This document shows positions 1 to 14,344 of a DNA stretch of 64,000 bases, piece by piece. The stretch covers positions 45,138,001 through 45,202,000 of the forward strand of contig NC_086097.1 in assembly GCF_963921235.1 (NCBI RefSeq), given 5' to 3'. Source of the stretch: Mobula hypostoma (Eukaryota). A program made the position numbers and the translations under genes. The notes below the pieces were generated by a model. The model did no database searches, had not been told where the DNA came from, and saw only the letters and a program-made list of their open reading frames with translations. How positions within the stretch are numbered: position 1 is the stretch's first letter; each line of letters opens with the position of its first letter.

Positions 1-619
1 TCTAGAGTTTGAGATGAATTCTTTTCAGGCTAAGATGAGTTCATTAACCAGGAAATTATTTAGGCACAGTGACGTTGGCTTGGGTACTACACAGTCAAGT
101 GATGGATAGATCCTGGAGACTGGTGACAAGTAGTCCTAATCATTCTGCAGAGTAATTATTTCCTACCATTAACTCGTCACTCATGGATGACTGTCACCTC
201 TGCTATATTAGACTTTTAGATTGAAGAAACATGCAAATGAGTTTCACTATTAAATTTGTAGTGATCCCCTGCTCACTCTGACATGTAAAAATTAAATCAT
301 TTGTTCTTGCAAGTCTACTTCCAGTCAAATTCTACCTTGATATTATGGGAAATTTTAAGAATTAACATTGGTACTGCTTCAGCATCTATCATTTAGTTTC
401 ATTGTATTGCTTATCCTTGAAAGAAATCTAAAAGCATTAGCCTGATGATATGAGGTCAGGAGAGACAGAAGCATACGATAGGCAGCCCATGTAACCACAG
501 GCATGTCTTTAACTATTTATAAAAGCTAATTACCAATGCTGGACATGAACATCCGTAAAGACACTGATCTTGTCATCAAAGAAATCCTCTCATGGAAATA
601 TCACATGAATATTATTATT

Positions 620-857
620 ATTCAAATATAGGCACTTCTGGCCTTTGAGCCATGCTGCTCAGAAAGCCCTTGATTTAATGGGACAATATATAATGACCAA
701 TTAACTTCCCAACCAGTCCCTCCTTGGATTGTGGGAGGAAACCAACATGGTCACAGGGAGAACGTACAAACTCCTTACAAGCAATGATGGGAATTGAACC
801 CGGGTCCCATGTACGGTAAAGCATTGTGCTAACCACTACTCTATCCGTGCCACCCCA
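620..857 (-). mobile_element. tRNA-derived SINE (elasmobranch HE1-like)
   Basis: Minus strand shows A-box-like tagtggttagc and B-box-like ggttcaattcc, followed by a gtttgtacgttctccc core that recurs elsewhere in the window. Confidence 0.7.
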
Positions 858-1309
858 ATATGTGACAGAAATTATTAATTAAGAGTCTAACAGACCATTC
901 AACAACAAAATATTTGTATCGTAACTTTAATATATTCAAACATTGAAAGTTGTTTGAAAGGAGTGTTATCAAACAAAATCTGGGTTACATAAAGAGATGT
1001 ATCTGGTAGGTTTAAAGGGATAGAGAATGAGAGGTAGACATACAGAGACTTAGAGAAAGGATTGCAGGGCTCAAGGCTCAAGTGGTTTAAAGCATCAGTG
1101 GTGGCACAACACAACATAATGCTGCCCTTGCAAAGGGCAAGACAATCAAAGTTTACAATGATAGAGAGGATTTGCAGTGAGGATCAGAATTTCAAAATTG
1201 GACAGGGAGTCAATACACATTATTTATTTTGAAAGACACAAATCGTTCTTTGAAACAAATTGCAAATCAAACTAACGTTTATTTAGAATCTAACAAATGT
1301 AATACTTAC

Positions 1310-1397
1310 AGTATAGGATCTCATAATCACCAGAATTAGAGATTAAATACTGAGAATCAGTCGACCAGTCAAGGTGTGTGATAAAACTGGAGTGACC
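1310..1397 (-). CDS. eml1: EML1 exon: GHSSFITHLDWSTDSQYLISNSGDYEILY(W)
   Basis: 88 nt, phase 0-1, |gtaagt donor. The next exon was not found in 1-1309. Confidence 0.96.
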
Positions 1398-1789
1398 CTA
1401 GGAGAGGGAAGAAATATCTATCTGGATTACATAGTGAAATAGTTATGGTTATACGTAACTGTCCTTTTGGAGCTGTTTCTGAAAATTGTATGCAAAGGAA
1501 AGTTACACACTGATCTAAAAACATTGTTGCATCTGGTTTTCAGATGAAAAGTTCAGGTCGGTCATCAATGCCCTTTCCTCTTTATTCACCGAATTAATTG
1601 GGCTGCTGAGAAATTTAGTCTAATTTTAACTTATAGCCGCTGCCTGTTAGTTTCTGATATTTGATAACACTTTATAACCAAGGCTAATTCAGCATCATTC
1701 TACTTATACCACTTTCATAGTTAAAAAGCCCAAAAGGTCAGCAAGGATAAATAAGCGTTAAACCTAATTTAGAATTAAATTCAACTTAC

Positions 1790-1887
1790 TGAGCATTTAC
1801 CAACTCGACTGTATTTTCTGCCATTTTCACTCAGTGTGTAGATGTAGATATAATTATCATGCGAGCCAATAGCTAAAAAATTTCCTT
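1790..1887 (-). CDS. eml1: EML1 exon: GNFLAIGSHDNYIYIYTLSENGRKYSRVGKCS
   Basis: 98 nt, phase 1-0, |gtaagt donor. Confidence 0.96.
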
Positions 1888-2689
1888 CTAAAAACAAAAC
1901 AAATCACAAGGTAAAATAAGTTACTGAATTTAATTGAAGTCAACCATGATTATTAAAAATATAACATTCTTCTCAAAATACACAAATAAATTATCATGCT
2001 ACAGGTAGGACATCATACAAACTAAAGATATACCAGTCAGAAGAATTAAATAACGTTACAACAAAAATCAACTTTTATTTGTAAGAGTTCATTGCTTACT
2101 GAAATTAGGCTCAAAAATGGTTAATGATACAATTTTGAAAGCAGTATGACCATAATTTTGTCCGACTCTGAGGTAAACTCAATGTAAGCTTAATTGCATT
2201 TCTGATTTGAAAATAAAATAATTTTGATAATTTGTAAAAGTATAGCTAAATATATATTCTTATTTAAATATATCTTGTATAATTCCCCTTATAGTTTTAG
2301 ACAGATGCTACCTGTCAGGATAGTTTCTGCTCTATTGCTGTTTCTGAGTTACACGTTGCAAAATAGAACATTCATTAACAATTCTAACCACACTTACCAC
2401 GACCTAAACCAAATATTGTGATACTCATGGATATAAAATGCCATGTATTTTGGAGGATAATACCTGGATCTAATTTGCTGTGATAACATTTTTAAAGTAC
2501 AAGTCATGAATAAAACTTTCATGTAATGCAGCTGTGTCAGTAGATAGATAATTGAAAGCTTAAGTGTTACAAAAACAAGTGGTAAGGAAAGCATCCTGGA
2601 AATCTGAATATTCTGATTTCTCAGCTCTGCCTGGTGTAGTTTATTCCATGAAGTATGTTCCTATCCTATTGAATATGTTACCCATAGCC

Positions 2690-3285
2690 ATCAAGTTCAA
2701 GTTCCTGGGCATCACGATCTCCGAGGATCTAAACTGGTCCCAACATATTGATGTAGCTATAAAGAAAGCAACAGTGACTATATTTCATTAGGAGTTTGAG
2801 GAGATTTGGTTTGTCACATAAGACACTCGAAAACTTCTATAGATGGAAAGTGGAGAGCTTTCTGACATGCTGCATCACTGTCTGGTCTGGGGGGTGGGGG
2901 GGGCGACTGCACAGGACAGAAAGAAGCTGCAGAAAGTTGTAAAATTAGTCAGCTCTATCATGGGTACTAGACTTCATAGTATCCAAGACATCTTCAAGGA
3001 GTGGTGCCTCAGGAAGGCAGCATCCAACATTAAGGATCCTGACCACCCAGGACATGCCCTTTTCTCACTGTTACCATCAGGAAGGAGGTACAGAAGCCTG
3101 AAAGCACACACACAGCAATTCAGGAACAGCTTCTTCCCCTCTTCCACCTGACTCCTAAATGGACATTGAACCCTTGAACATTACCTCACTACTTTTTTCC
3201 CCTGTATTATCATGTATTGCTTTGTTCTACTGCTGCTAAGTTAACGAATTTCACGACACACACCGGTGATGATAAACCTGATTCT
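2690..3285 (+). mobile_element. Rex1/Babar-type LINE, 3' fragment
   Basis: FKFLGITISEDLNWS...HPGHALFSLLPSGRRYRSL...FRNSFFP. Homologous to 61075-61509. Confidence 0.85.
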
Positions 3286-3851
3286 AATTAGTTGTACAAC
3301 TCCACAGCAACTATAGAGAGTCTGGCAGTGTGACATATTAAGGTTAAGGTATCATGATATGAAGAGTCAATAAAGAGATGGACAGGAAAATGTTTATAGG
3401 AAAGTGAAGAAGTCAAATGGAAAATATACATTAATAAAAGATGAGATGCACTTCCTTGCCAAGATTGCAGCAAGTAAAAAGAAAGACACAAATAGTTATA
3501 ACTTTGAATCAGAGATTCATACAACTATCCAATTGGCCCACTCTTTTCTCTGCCATTATTGTCCAGAAATGTTTCCTTTTAAAATGAAGGTTTTAGTTCT
3601 CCCTTCCTCCGCTCCTGATGCTGGCAACGAGAGACTTGATCTCTGCTGCTTTGAATGCTCATTTCCAGCTCAAAACCATCAGTTATACTTTGAGATTTAT
3701 AACTTCGCATTGGACAGTTACAGGCCTGAAGCTGTGAAAATTCATATCAGTCAGGGGAAACAATGGCCTAGAAATGCTTTCTTCCTTTGCAAGGCTCTGA
3801 AATAAAATTCGAGGCATAATTTATCAGCAGAACTTCAAAAGAGCTGGGTAC

Positions 3852-3940
3852 CTGGTGAATATCGCATGACTGAAAGCTGCTCATTCCCATCAGTGTGAAC
3901 TGTCACCAGATCTTTTGACTCTGTATCCAGGACTAACCAC
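3852..3940 (-). CDS. eml1: EML1 exon: WLVLDTESKDLVTVHTDGNEQLSVMRYSP(E)
   Basis: 89 nt, phase 2-1. Confidence 0.96.
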
Positions 3941-4654
3941 CTGTTAATGAAACAAAATTCACTGCTCAGTTCTAAATGTCTTCTGAACAAGCACCAGCAC
4001 AGGGGGGGCTGAGAGGGGACTCAAAGAGGGCCCTAGACAGAATAAGCTGGAAGAACCTCTTTCCTTTAGCAGGGGGATTAACAACTAACAGCCATAGATG
4101 TAAATAATCTGGTAGACTGATTCAGTGGGGGACGGGGTGGGGTGGGGGTGGGGTATGAGGAAAACTGTATTATTTTCGCAGAAAGTGGGAGGAATCTGGA
4201 GCTCACTACCTGAAAATAGCATGGCAATGGAAACCTCACCATACACAGGCAGGGCTTGGGCATTCACTCCTGTATCTGCAACCTCCAGGCTGCAGACAGG
4301 CACGGACAAGATGAACCGAATGACCTTCATCAGAATTGTTTAAGTTTTCCATGTTTTCAAAGTGCACCATTAACTGGAATGCCTTCCAGTTTCCACTGGA
4401 GCCACTGTTGGTTGCTAGAATATCATTGAAACTTGCTTGGGGATGTCCCGGTGATGATGGAACCATTCCATTTATTAAGGGATCACACATGCAAAATCCA
4501 GCTGTGTATTGGTTAGTTGCCACTAGAGGTTAATTGTATAATTGACCATAATAATGAAACAGTGGCTCTGTTACGTTACACTTCAGTTAGATTATTTCAA
4601 TATGCGTGGAACCAGTGCTAGATTATTTTATTGGTACTGTTCCCCTTTTGATTT

Positions 4655-7600
4655 AGAACATAAAACAATACAGCATAGTATGGCCCTTATGCCCACAACA
4701 CTGTGACAACATATATAAACCAACCCACTGATCAATCTACCCCATCCCTCCTACATAACTCATCACTCTCCATTCTTCTTACATCCATGTGCCTATCGGA
4801 GAGTCTTATACATATCTCTTACAAGCCTCTACCCCCACCCCTGGCAGTGCGCTCCAGGCACCAACCACTGTCTGTGAAAAAGCCCTTCCTCTGATATCAC
4901 TGCTAAACATCTTGTCACTCACCTTAAATAGATATTCTCTAGTACCGGCCATTGTCACCCTGTCTGCTCTATGTACAGTATCTATGCTCCTCATAATCTT
5001 ATACACCTTTATCAAATGGACTCATCCTCCTTCACTCCAAAGAGAAAAGCCCTAGTTCGCTCAACCTTTCCTCATAAGACGTGCTCTCTAATCCATGCGG
5101 CACCTTGGTAAATTTCCTCTGCATCATCTCCAAAGCTTCCAGATCCTTCCAATAATGGTGCAACTAGTACGGAACACAATATTACTATGTGTCGGCTATG
5201 TGCGGAACCAAAAGAAATGGGGGGATCTTAAATGGTTTTTTTGTGTCTGTATTTACTAAGGAAACTGGCATGACGTCTATGGAATTAAGGGAAACAAGTA
5301 GTGAGATCATGGAAACTGTACAGATTGAAAAGGAGGAGGTGCTTGCTATCTTGAGGCAAATTAAAGCGGATAAATCCCCAGGACCTAACAGGGTATTCCC
5401 TCGGACCTTGAAGGAAACTAGTGTTGAAATTGCAGGGGCCCTGGCAGATATATTTAGAATGTTGGTGTCTATGGGTGAGGTGCCGGAGGATTGGAGAATG
5501 GCTCATGTTGTTCCGTTGTTTAAAAAAGGATCAAAAAGTAATCTGGGAAATTATAGGCCGGTAAATTTGACGTCGGTAGTGGGCAAGTTATTGGAGGGAG
5601 TACTAAGAGACAGAATCTACAAGCATTTGGATAGACAGGGACTTATTAGGGAGAGTCAACATGGCTTTGTGCGTGGTAGGTCATGTTTGACCAATCTATT
5701 GGAGTTTTTCAAGGAGGTTACCAGGAAAGTGGATGAAGGGAAGGCAGTGGATATTGTCTACATGGACTTCAGTAAGGCCTTTGACAAGGTCCCGCATGGG
5801 AGGTTAGTTAGGAAAATTCCGTCGCTAGGTATACATGGAGAGGTGGTAAATTGGATTAGACATTGGCTCAATGGAAGAAGCCAAAGAGTGGTAGTAGAAA
5901 ATTGCTTCTCAGAGTGGAGGCCTGTGACTAGTGGTGTGCCACAGGGATCAGTGCTGGGTCCATTGTTATTTGTCATCTATATCAATGATCTGGATGATAA
6001 TGTGGTAAATTGGATCAGCAAATTTGCTGATGAGAAAAAAAATTGGAGGTGTAGTGGACAGTGCGGAAGGTTTTCAAAGCTTGCAGAGGGATTTGGACCA
6101 GCTGAAAAAATGGGCTGAAAAATGGCAGATGGAGATTAATACAGACAAGTGTGAGGTATTGCACTTTGGAAGGACAAACCAAGGTAGAACATACAGGGTA
6201 AATGGTAAGGCACTGAGGAGTGCAGTAGAACAGAGGGATCTGGGAATACAGATACAAAATTCCCTAAAAGTATCGTCACAGGTAGATAGGTTGTAAAGAG
6301 AGCTTTTGGTACATTGGCCTTTAATAATCAAAGTATTGAGTATAAGAGCTGGAATGTTATGATGAGGTTGTATAAGGAATTGGTGAGGCCGAATCTGGAG
6401 TATTGTGTTCAGTTTTGGTCACCAAATTACAGGAAGGATATTAATAAGGTTGAAAGAGTGCAGAGAAGGTTTACAAGGACGTTGCCGGGACTTGAGAAAC
6501 TCAGTTACAGAGAAAGGTTGAATAGGTTAGGACTTTATTCCCTGGAGCATAGAAGAATGAGGGGAGATTTGATAGAGGTATATAAAATTATGATGGGTAT
6601 AGATAGAGTGAATGCAAGCAGGCTTTTTCCACTGAGGCAAGGGGGGAGAAAAACCAGAGGACATGGGTTAAGGGTGAAGGGGGAAAAGTTTAAAGGAAAC
6701 ATGGTGGGGGGGGGGCTCTTCACACAGAGAGTGGTGGGAGTATGGAATGAGCTGCCAGACGAGGTGGTAAATTCGGGTGCTTTTTTAACATTTAAGAATA
6801 AATTGGACAGATACATGGATGGGAGGTGTATGGAGGGATATGGTCCGTGTGGAGGTCAGTGGGACTAGGCAGAAAATGGTTCGGCACAGCTAAGAAGGGC
6901 CTGTTTTCTGTGCTGTGGTTTCTATGGTTTCTATCTACAAATGTGCTCTAACCAGAGTTTTATAGTGTTGCAACATAAGCTTGTGGGTCTTGAACTCAGT
7001 TCCTCAACACACCATAGGACTTCCTAACCAACCTATCATCTTATGTAGCAGCTTTGAAGGATCTATGAACTTAGACCCCAAGATCCTTCAGTCCTCCAAA
7101 CTGCTGAGAATCCTGCCATTAACCTTGATCTCCACCTTCAAGTTCAATCTTTCACAGTGTATCACTTTACACTCTTCCAGATTTAACTCCATCTGCCATT
7201 TCTCCATTCTTGTCTACATACAGTATATCCATTTTAACTAATGACATCATCCATAACTCCATTAAACTTGGTGCCATCTGAAAACCTTCCTTCACCCTCC
7301 TCATCCAATTCATTTATAAAAATTAAAAGGAATAGGCGTCCCAGAACAGATCCCTGTGAACCACTGAACTCCAGGCAAAATACACTTCATCCACTACCAC
7401 CCACAGTCTTCTGTAGGCAAGCCAATTGTGAATCCACACAGCCAAATTTCCATGGATCCAATGCCTCATGACACCCTGGATGTGCCTACCATAGGGTATC
7501 TTGTCAAACGCCTCACTAGACTCCATATACACCACATCCACAGCTCTACCTTCATCAATTTGTTTTGTTACCTCCTTGAAAAACTCAATCATGTTTGTGA

Positions 7601-9200
7601 GGCATGACCTGCCCCTCACAAAGCCATGCTGACTGTCACAGACTCTGCTTCTCCAAATGCCAGTAAATTCTGTCCCTAAGAATCCTTATTGATTTTCCCA
7701 CTACTAACGTAGGACTTATGGGTCTATAATTCTCAGAATTTCCCCTATTACCTTTCTTGAACAATGGAACATTTCCCACCCTCGATCCTCTGTTACTATT
7801 TCTGTGGCCATGGAGGATGCAAAGATATCATCAATCTCTTTCCTCGCTTCCACAGTAACCTGAGGTATATCCCATACAGCCCTGTGCACTTACCTATCCG
7901 AATGTTTTTCAGCAGCTCTAACACTGCATCTTTCTTAACCTTGACATGCTCCAGCATAATAGCCTGTTCTATGATGACCTCACATTTGTGAAAGTCCCTC
8001 TCCCTGGTGAATACTGAAGCAAAACATTCATTAAAAACCTCTCCTACCTCCTCCAACTCCACCCATGTTACGTCCTTTATCTCTGATCGGTTCTACCCTC
8101 ATTCGAGTCATCTTCCTGTTCCTCACATATGTGTAGAATAGCATGGGGTTTTTGGGCAATCTTATTCACCAAGGCCTTCTTATGGCCCCTTCAGATCTCC
8201 TAAATCCCTTCTTAAGCTCCTTCTTGGCTATTTTATAATGCTCAAAAGCCCTGTCTGATTTTTGCTTCCTAATACTCCATTCTCCCTCTTTACTAGATGC
8301 TCCAATTTTCTCATTAACCATCATTCCTTAACCATACCATCCCTTCCCTTCCCTTACTCAAGGGGACCAAACTATCCAGAACCACATGCAAGTGCTCCCT
8401 AAGCAACCTCCACATTTCTGCCTTGCGTTTCTCCGAGAACATCTGTTCTTAAGTTATGATCCCAAGTATCTGCCAAATATTATCTTACTGCTTCTTTTCT
8501 AGTCGTCCTGTCCACATTCTATGTCAAGAATCCTTCCTGGACACACCTAATAATTTCTGCCCCATCTAAACCTTCTGCACTAAGGAGGTGCCAATCAATA
8601 TCAGGGAAGTTGGACTTACTCAGGACAACACCCTTTTATTTTTGTACCTTTCCAAAATCTGCCTACATATCTCTTCCTAGGTGTCCCTATGAATACTGGG
8701 GGGCCAATAGAATGATTTCTCCCTTCCTGTTTCTGATTTTTCACCCACACTGACTCAGCAGAGTATCCCTTCGTAACGTCCTCCCTTTCTTCAGCTGCGA
8801 TATTATCCCTGTTTAGCAATCCCACTTCCCCCACACCCTCCTCTTTTAACTCTCTCCCTATTCCTTTTGAAACATCTAAACCAGGAACATCTTGCACTTG
8901 TGACATGGCCACAACCATGAAGGTCCACGTTCCGAGCCATGCTCTAAATACATCGACCATGTTCTTAATAGTTCTCACATTAACCACATTTCAACTCATC
9001 CAGCTGACTGCATTCATGTCCCATTTGCTGCTTATCCTTCCTCACAGTCTTTCTAAACATTGCACCTACCTTTACGCCAACTGCTCCATCATCTGACCTA
9101 ACTCTCTGGTTCCCAACTGCTGCCAACCTAGTTTAAACCTTCTCCAAAAGCTCAAGCAAACCTGCTTGACATTGATCTCTCAAGTTCAGGTGCAGTCTGC
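4655..9200 (-). mobile_element. Decayed CR1-type LINE interrupted by a younger CR1 copy
   Basis: Minus-strand RT remnants (RGRSCLTNMIEFFKEVTK..DEGRAVDVVYM) and APE remnants. The sequence breaks at about 5185 and resumes at about 6936. Confidence 0.8.
5200..6935 (+). mobile_element. CR1-type LINE, 5'-truncated ORF2 (reverse transcriptase), frameshifted
   Basis: ORFs 5189..6118, 6024..6296 and 6314..6868 contain NYRPVNLTSVVGK, DFSKAFDKV and GVPQGSVLGPLLF. FADD has decayed to FADE plus a frameshift. Tail is (GTTTCTAT)-type. Confidence 0.95.
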
Positions 9201-9844
9201 CCAGTTTCACCTGTCTAGATCCAGTTAAAATGAGTCAGAGCTCACAGCTGAAGCTGAGCATTAAAAGTAGTCACATTCCCATTTGTGGAAACTACCACTC
9301 TGGGACTATACACTACACAAATGTGAAGAAAGGTGTTTGGTTCAAATATGGACCCAGATTGAACAGAAGCAGGGTGCTGGTGTATGCTTGGTCAAGCATT
9401 GATGTTCTGAATTGCCTCCGCAATAGAGGGGACAATATCAAAGCATTCCATCCCTGGTTTCCATTAAGTTCAGTAGCAGGGTTCAAGCTTGCCGAGATTC
9501 TCTTGCACCTGCAGTGTGGAACTGACTCCTGGATGCTGCACCGGGACAGGACAAGACTAACCAGAGGATCACAACCATATTGATTGCAAAGGGAGTTGTT
9601 GGTCCACAGAGGAAATTGTAGGGAAAATACCATTTTAGTTAATTGTTTCATTTTTAGTGTTATCATCCAATTTCATTTGTTTGAAATATATAAATTTAAT
9701 TTTCAAAACATTTACATCATTTTAAAGATTTTTCATTTATCTGAAACTCAAGAATACACTAGTATATTTAAAAACTTTGAGCTCTTTGACAGCTGGCAAA
9801 ACCCTGTCAGGGGCCAGGGTGTTTCAAGGGTGTAGCTTGAGACC

Positions 9845-10367
9845 CTAGAACATTGAACAGAGAAATCTACAGCACATTACAGGCCCTTTGGCCCACAATG
9901 TTGTGCCGACCATGTCACCTATTCTAGAAACTGCTTAGAATTTCCCTATCACATGGCCCTCTATTTTTCTAAGCTCCATACACCTAAAAGGCTCATACAA
10001 GACCCTATTGTATCCACCTCTACCACAGTCACTGGCAGTGCATTCTACACACCCATCAATCTCTGTGTGAAAAACTTACCTCTGACACCCTGCTTGTACC
10101 TACTTCCAAGCACGTTAAAACTATACCCCCTCCTGTTAGCAATTTCAGCCCCAGGAAAAAGCTCCTGGCTATCCACACGATCAATGCCTCTCATCATCTT
10201 ATACACCTCTATCAGGTCACCTCTCATCCTCCGTCGCTTCAAGGAGAAAAGGACAAGTTCACTCAACCTATTCTCATAAGGCATGCTCTCCAATCCAGGC
10301 AATATCCTCGTAAATCTCCTCTGCACTCTCTCTATAGTATCCACATCCTTCCTGTAATGAGGTGACC
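9845..10367 (-). mobile_element. CR1 LINE 3' fragment
   Basis: ERVQRRFTRILPGL...RRMRGDLIEVYK. Confidence 0.9.
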
Positions 10368-11515
10368 TGCTCTTGATTGGGCAATACCTTTGAATTTAGG
10401 ACCAGCAAGGAAAACCTTCCATATTCAAACCAGGTAATGGAAGACATGGAATAGTTGTGATTGGAGGCAGCAGGTTACTGCCAGTAAGATCTAGCCCATT
10501 TCACTTGTGTCAGCAATTCCGTAGCCCACCAGTAGGGTTCACTCTTGTTACACAGCTCTCAGGTTAACACCAATTCTTGTTTCATCAGCTATTTTCTGAC
10601 ACAAATGATAAATAATTGAACAAATGGTAGTATTTCAAAATCAGAGTTTGCAAACATGTTCTAGGACTTGTTTAAATGTAAAATTACATCTGGTAAAGCT
10701 CATTTTGACCAAGCCAAGCAGGTTGTTCTGTGGCACACGGTGTGCATCCTACCTTGTGGGTTATAATTAGGAATTTTGGGCCTTATGCAGGTAACTGTGC
10801 ATTAAAATGGGGTAGGCCTAATGTTATGCAAGAAATACAGCCTTGCCTCTGTACTTTCTCTGCGCTGCTTGGATGAAGAGGGACACTTTTTTAATTATAA
10901 GAGGTAGGGTTGTGACATCTAATACCTGTAGGTTAATGGGATATAGTGCCACTGGATATGGAAACTTGGGATGGGGGAGTTTGGTGCTGAGGCCACTCAC
11001 AGAAGAAAAGCCTACCTTAAAACTGGAAGACTTCCTGGAAGAATGAACTTGAATCTTCATTGCTGACAATGGCCCAGAAAGGAACAGGCACTTTAACTAA
11101 TACAGCAATAGTTTTTACCCTCTAGGCAAGGGCTCCTTCTACAGAAAGGCTCAGGTCAATTCCAAGCCATGTTTCCTCATGAAAAAAAGTGAATATCAAT
11201 TGTTTATTGCGTTCCAATTACTATCACTCAAACACTATCCAGCTAAACATGGTGTATGCCCTACAATTTCTCGTAGCTTGTAGTACCGTATGGAATTGTT
11301 GGTCATTTTTAGTTAGTTATTGGGGTTTAGATTAAAATCCCATTGCCAAGTTTATAAAACATTGCACTGCTAGATGAATTTTAGGGTTACAATCTGTTCC
11401 ACACTAATTTAACTTTATTTTTTATTTTGTAGTAAACTTACATTAATAATTTGCATTGAAACAAAACAACTGGCATTGTTCATTCTGATAGAGAAAAAGC
11501 CTCATTCATTCTTAC

Positions 11516-11583
11516 CTTCCAGTTTGGGTTCCTATAGCAACAACACATCCTGATGGATGAAAACCAGCAGATTGAGCTGGGTC
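11516..11583 (-). CDS. eml1: EML1 exon: DPAQSAGFHPSGCVVAIGTQTG(R)
   Basis: 68 nt, phase 0-2, |gtaaga donor. Confidence 0.95.
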
Positions 11584-12053
11584 CTAAAGTTTGGATGAAA
11601 CAAATTCAGAAGCACAGACTATTAGTAATAGACTAATTGAACCCCATGAGACTGTGGGCTTGAAAGTCTCAATTGTTTAAAACATACAGTATATAGTAAT
11701 TATGTAGGTGGAGTATTTTTTGTTAAGCAAACATTTCCTTTAAATTACAGTGTTCTGATAATTAAACTATGCTATAACCATATTTTAACCTTGCTGCACC
11801 AAGACCAGCGGCATTTTTGTTATTAAGAGTATCTCAAATAGATAAATAGAACTTGAAAATTGTTGTCTGTAATCTTTCTTGCCATTCTGTTGGGATTAAG
11901 ATTCCTTGCACTTTCTCCATTCATGAACATTTCTAACAATCTCCAATTGTCTTTAATTAAATATTGATCTTTCCAGCCTAAATAACATAATGAATGCAAT
12001 TGAATATTCTGATTAGGAAAATAATGTAGAGTGGGATGTTGACAGTTTGATAC

Positions 12054-12185
12054 CTCTATGATCTTGCTCCAGATAGGTTGATGGGTGACAGCGTCCCAGA
12101 GAGTGATATGTTTGTCATGCCCACATGTTAGGAATTGTTCCTTGCTTGGGTGGACGGCTAGACCCCACAGTTCATCTGTGTGACC
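12054..12185 (-). CDS. eml1: EML1 exon: [44 protein letters not shown]
   Basis: 132 nt, phase 0-0, lies within ORF 11823..12209. GH...WD repeat. Confidence 0.97.
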
Positions 12186-12189
12186 CTGC

Positions 12190-14270
12190 AGGTAGTGTAG
12201 AAGAAACAAAGCAGCTTAAAGCAACTTCTTCGTCTATTAGAACATAGCTAGTGGTTTGAGAATGGGTCCAGTGTTGGCAGCATGTTCTTTGTGTGAGATT
12301 TGGCAACTCTGGGAAGCCTCCAGTCTCCCTGATAACTAGATCTACATGATGTGCATCAAGTTCCAAGTCCTTATAGACCGTGTTAAGGAACTGGAGTTGC
12401 AGCATGATGGCCTTTGGCTCATACGGAACAAGAAGGAGGTGATAGATTGGGGTAACTACCTTCCAAGTAGCTCCTAAGTTGCAGGAGGCAGATACTAGAC
12501 GGACTGTCTGGAGAGGGATACGGAATAGGGAACCTGTGCAGAGTACCCCGTGGCTGTTCCCCTCAATAATAATAATAATGATCTTTTTTTAATTAAAAGT
12601 AACAGTGACTGATTGGCAGGAGGCAAAGAGTGGGAATAAAGGGAGCCTTTTCTGGTTGGCTACTGGTGAGTAGTAGTGTTCCAGAGGGGTCTGTGTTGGG
12701 ACCAATTCTTTTAAGTCAATAATTTGGATGATGGAATTGATGGCTTTGTTGCAAAGTTTGCAGACAATATGAAGTTAGGTGGAGGGGCAGGTAGTTTTGA
12801 GGAAGTCGAGAAGCTACAGAAGGACAGACAGATTATGAGAATGGCCAAAGACATGGCAGGTGGAAGATTTTGGTAGAAGAAATGAAAGGGTTGACTATTT
12901 TCTAAATAGAGAGTAAATACAAAAACAAAAACTGAGGTGCAAAGGACTTGGTAGTCATTGTGCAGGATTTCCCAAAGGTTAATTTGCAGCTTGAGTCAGT
13001 GATAAGGAAGGCAAATGCAATGTTAGCATTAATTTCAAGAGGACTAAAATATAAAAGCAAGGATGTAATGTTGAGACTTCATAAAGCACTGGTGAAGTCT
13101 CAGTTGAAGTATTGTGAGTAGTTTGGGGCTCCTTACTTTAGAAAGGATGATCTGAAACTGGAGAATGATCAAAGGAAGTTCACAAAGATGATTCCAGGAT
13201 TGAATGGCTTGTCGTATGAACAGCATCTGATGGCCCTAGGCTTGTATTCACTGGAATTCAGAAGAATAAGGGGTGACCTAATTGAAACCTATCAAATGGT
13301 GAAAGACCTTGACAGAGTGGATGTGGAGAGGATGCTTCCAATGGTGGAGGAATCTCAGAATAGAGGGTAGTCCTTTTAGAAGGGAGATGAGAAAGAATTC
13401 CCTTAGCCAGAGAGTAGTGAATCTGTGGAATTATTTGGCACGGGCACCTGTGGAGGCCAAGTCTTTATGTATATATAAGGCAGAGTTTGATAGCTCATAG
13501 TTGGGAGCTTACCATCCAAGGATACGCATTGTATTGAAAGGACGGGCAAGAAGGCAGAGGGTGTGAGGTGACTCTGTTGGGAAAAAAAATGAAATCAAAT
13601 CCTTAGAAACAGGGAAATATGTAGAATCCTTGTGTGTAGAGTTAAAAACTACAAGCATAAAAAGGCTTCAATGGGAGTTAGGTAAAGGCCTTTGAACAGT
13701 AGCCAGGATGTGGAGTAGAAATTACAGCAGGAGATAGAAAAGGCAAGTAAAAAGGGGCAATGTTATGATAGTTATGGGGGATTTCAATATACAGGTAGAT
13801 TGGGAAAATCAGATTGGTGCTGGATCCCAAGAGAGGGAATTTGTAGAATGCCTACAAGATGGATGTTTAGAGCAACTTGTGGTTAAGCCCACGAGGGAAA
13901 GGGCATTACTGGAATGGATCTTGTGTAATGAACCAGATTTAATTAGGAAGCTTTAAGGTAAAGGAACCCATAGGAGCTAGTGATCATAACATGATAGAAT
14001 TCACCTTCCATTTTGAGAAGGAGAAGCTAAAGTCAGATGTATCAATACAGTGGAGTAAAGGGAATTACAGAGGCATGAGAGAAGATCTGGCCAACTTTGA
14101 TTGGAAAGGGTCATTAGCTGGGATGATAGCAAAACAGCAATGGCTAGAGTTTCTGGAAGCAATTCAGAAGGCACAGGATAGACTCATCCTGAAGAAGAAG
14201 AAGTATTCTAAAGGGAGGATGACACAACCGCGGCTGACAAGGGAAGTTAAAGACAACATAAAAACAAAAG
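12190..14270 (+). mobile_element. Rearranged, decayed CR1 LINE fragments (5' region, RT, then APE)
   Basis: RRIRGDLIETY remnant and the IVMGDFNIQVDW endonuclease motif; many stops. Confidence 0.8.
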
Positions 14271-14344
14271 GGGTCATTAGCCAGGATGATGCCAGAAATA
14301 AACATGGATCAATATAAAGTACTTCATGTACTGTAATCAAACAG

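Noticed and set aside
3404..3805. 133-aa plus-strand ORF
   Set aside because: No recognisable domain, non-ATG start, and antisense within an intron; likely chance.
5189..6868. 309-aa reverse transcriptase ORF as an active or novel RT system
   Set aside because: It is a 5'-truncated CR1 with frameshifts and a decayed catalytic FADD motif.
12046..12053. Second U12 donor (GTATCA)
   Set aside because: It lacks the CCTT of the U12 consensus, so it is treated as U2.
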